From the NCBI RefSeq assembly GCF_004010195.1, contig NC_057718.1:63202225-63266224 (forward strand): a stretch of 64,000 nt of DNA, written 5' to 3'. How positions within the stretch are numbered: position 1 is the stretch's first letter; each line of letters starts with the position of its first letter. The position numbers and the translations under genes were made by a program. A model generated the notes under the pieces. The model saw only the letters and a list, made by a program, of their open reading frames with translations, was not told the DNA's origin and made no database searches. Of the stretch, positions 62,967 to 64,000 are shown in pieces. This stretch comes from Chiloscyllium plagiosum. Its lineage: Eukaryota.

Positions 62967-63496
62967 ACCTGCCTGCTGGATTGGAGTCAGAGCGGTTTCC
63001 ATTTTCCTCAGTCTGGGGTCAATGAGGTCACGGATGTGGAGCATGAACATGGCCTCTGGAATTCATTCCCCTAACTTGACCTTTGATCCCCCTGAGTGGG
63101 GTCTCCCTTTATCCCCCACCCCATGGGAAATAAAAATAAAGGATTTAGTTTCTTGTCATTGGATCTGCTGAAGGGTGTGTCTTAACTGGTAGTTTTCAGC
63201 AGCCAGAAGCCACTGGCTGGTTGGCCAGCAGGTCCTAGTGAGCTGGGATACCACTGTTCAGAATCGACAATAAGCGAGAAGCTCACCAGTCAGCTCTTAA
63301 CAAGCTGATTGGCATGTGATCCAATGAGCTTTCTGGGAATGGAGTCAGTGAGTTAGTTGACACAACACACTTGCCCTCAAATTTAAACAGAAAAGGGGAA
63401 AATCTCAGCCAAAGGATGCTCAGGTGTGTGGTGGAATCCCGTCTACGCTCACCCCTGCCTGGACAGAATTTCACATTGGCCCCAAGGTCCCATTAG

Positions 63497-64000
63497 GTGT
63501 GGGCGCTTGCACTCCCTTTTTGATTTTTTTAAAACCTTCTTCTCTGTTTCTGGTTGCACTTCAGTCCCATGTTCCTGATCTTCGGGCACCCGGTATGGAG
63601 GGGGGGGAGGGCAGGTCAGAGGACCTCCTCATGAGTCTGCTCCTGGTCCTGGCCAAATTGGACACAAGCAGATCCAGGCAATGGGTCGTGGAGGGGGTCA
63701 TTAGGGCAGATTGCCTTCCCCTCTTCCACTGTTACTTCAGAGCCCGGGTGTCTTTGGAGAAGGAGCATGCGGTCTCCATCAACATCCTTGAGCTGTTCAG
63801 GGAAAGGTGTGCACCACAGGGAGTGGAGTGCATTATTTCCCCCTCCAACTCTATTTTGATTTAATCCCTGCCCTGCCCTTCACTGTTTGATCACGCAGCA
63901 TTGCCCTCCAAGAAGGGCACTGCTGTCACTGGCCACTTGGGTGATTCCTTTCTTCCTGGTGGTGGAAATTGAATAAAGATTTGTACATTTTGTGTTTTTC
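63497..64000 (+). mobile_element. Tx1-clade LINE 3' end (same family as inserts D-F), running off the window
   Basis: CGRLHSLFDF...FWLHFSPMFLIFGHP...LLLVLAKL...LEKEHAVSINILELFRER...SNSILI*, then AATAAA. Confidence 0.88.

Overview
This is AT-rich, repeat-dominated vertebrate DNA, almost certainly elasmobranch (shark-like), judging by HE1-type V-SINEs and their partner CR1/HER1-type LINEs. No intact protein-coding gene is recognisable. Nearly all listed ORFs are decayed transposon fragments: Gmr1-like gypsy pol and gag, many CR1 LINEs, an L1 3' end, Tx1 3' ends, Penelope-like (GIY-YIG) elements, SINEs, Tigger-like MITEs and solo LTRs. There are two assembly gaps. The most striking structure is at 37553-39854, where a solo LTR is split by seven head-to-tail, A-tailed, 5'-truncated retro-inserts separated by eight copies of the 12-bp motif AAACAGGARTGT. 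The inserts are Tx1-clade 3' ends plus a second, unidentified family, which points to a sequence-specific retrotransposon system targeting an LTR. Also notable are dispersed short Penelope-derived units carrying minimal hammerhead-ribozyme motifs with their own target-site duplications, a CpG-retaining promoter-like island at about 22.5-23.6 kb, and several candidate orphan exons. Family names come from recalled motif knowledge, not database searches, and most element boundaries are approximate.
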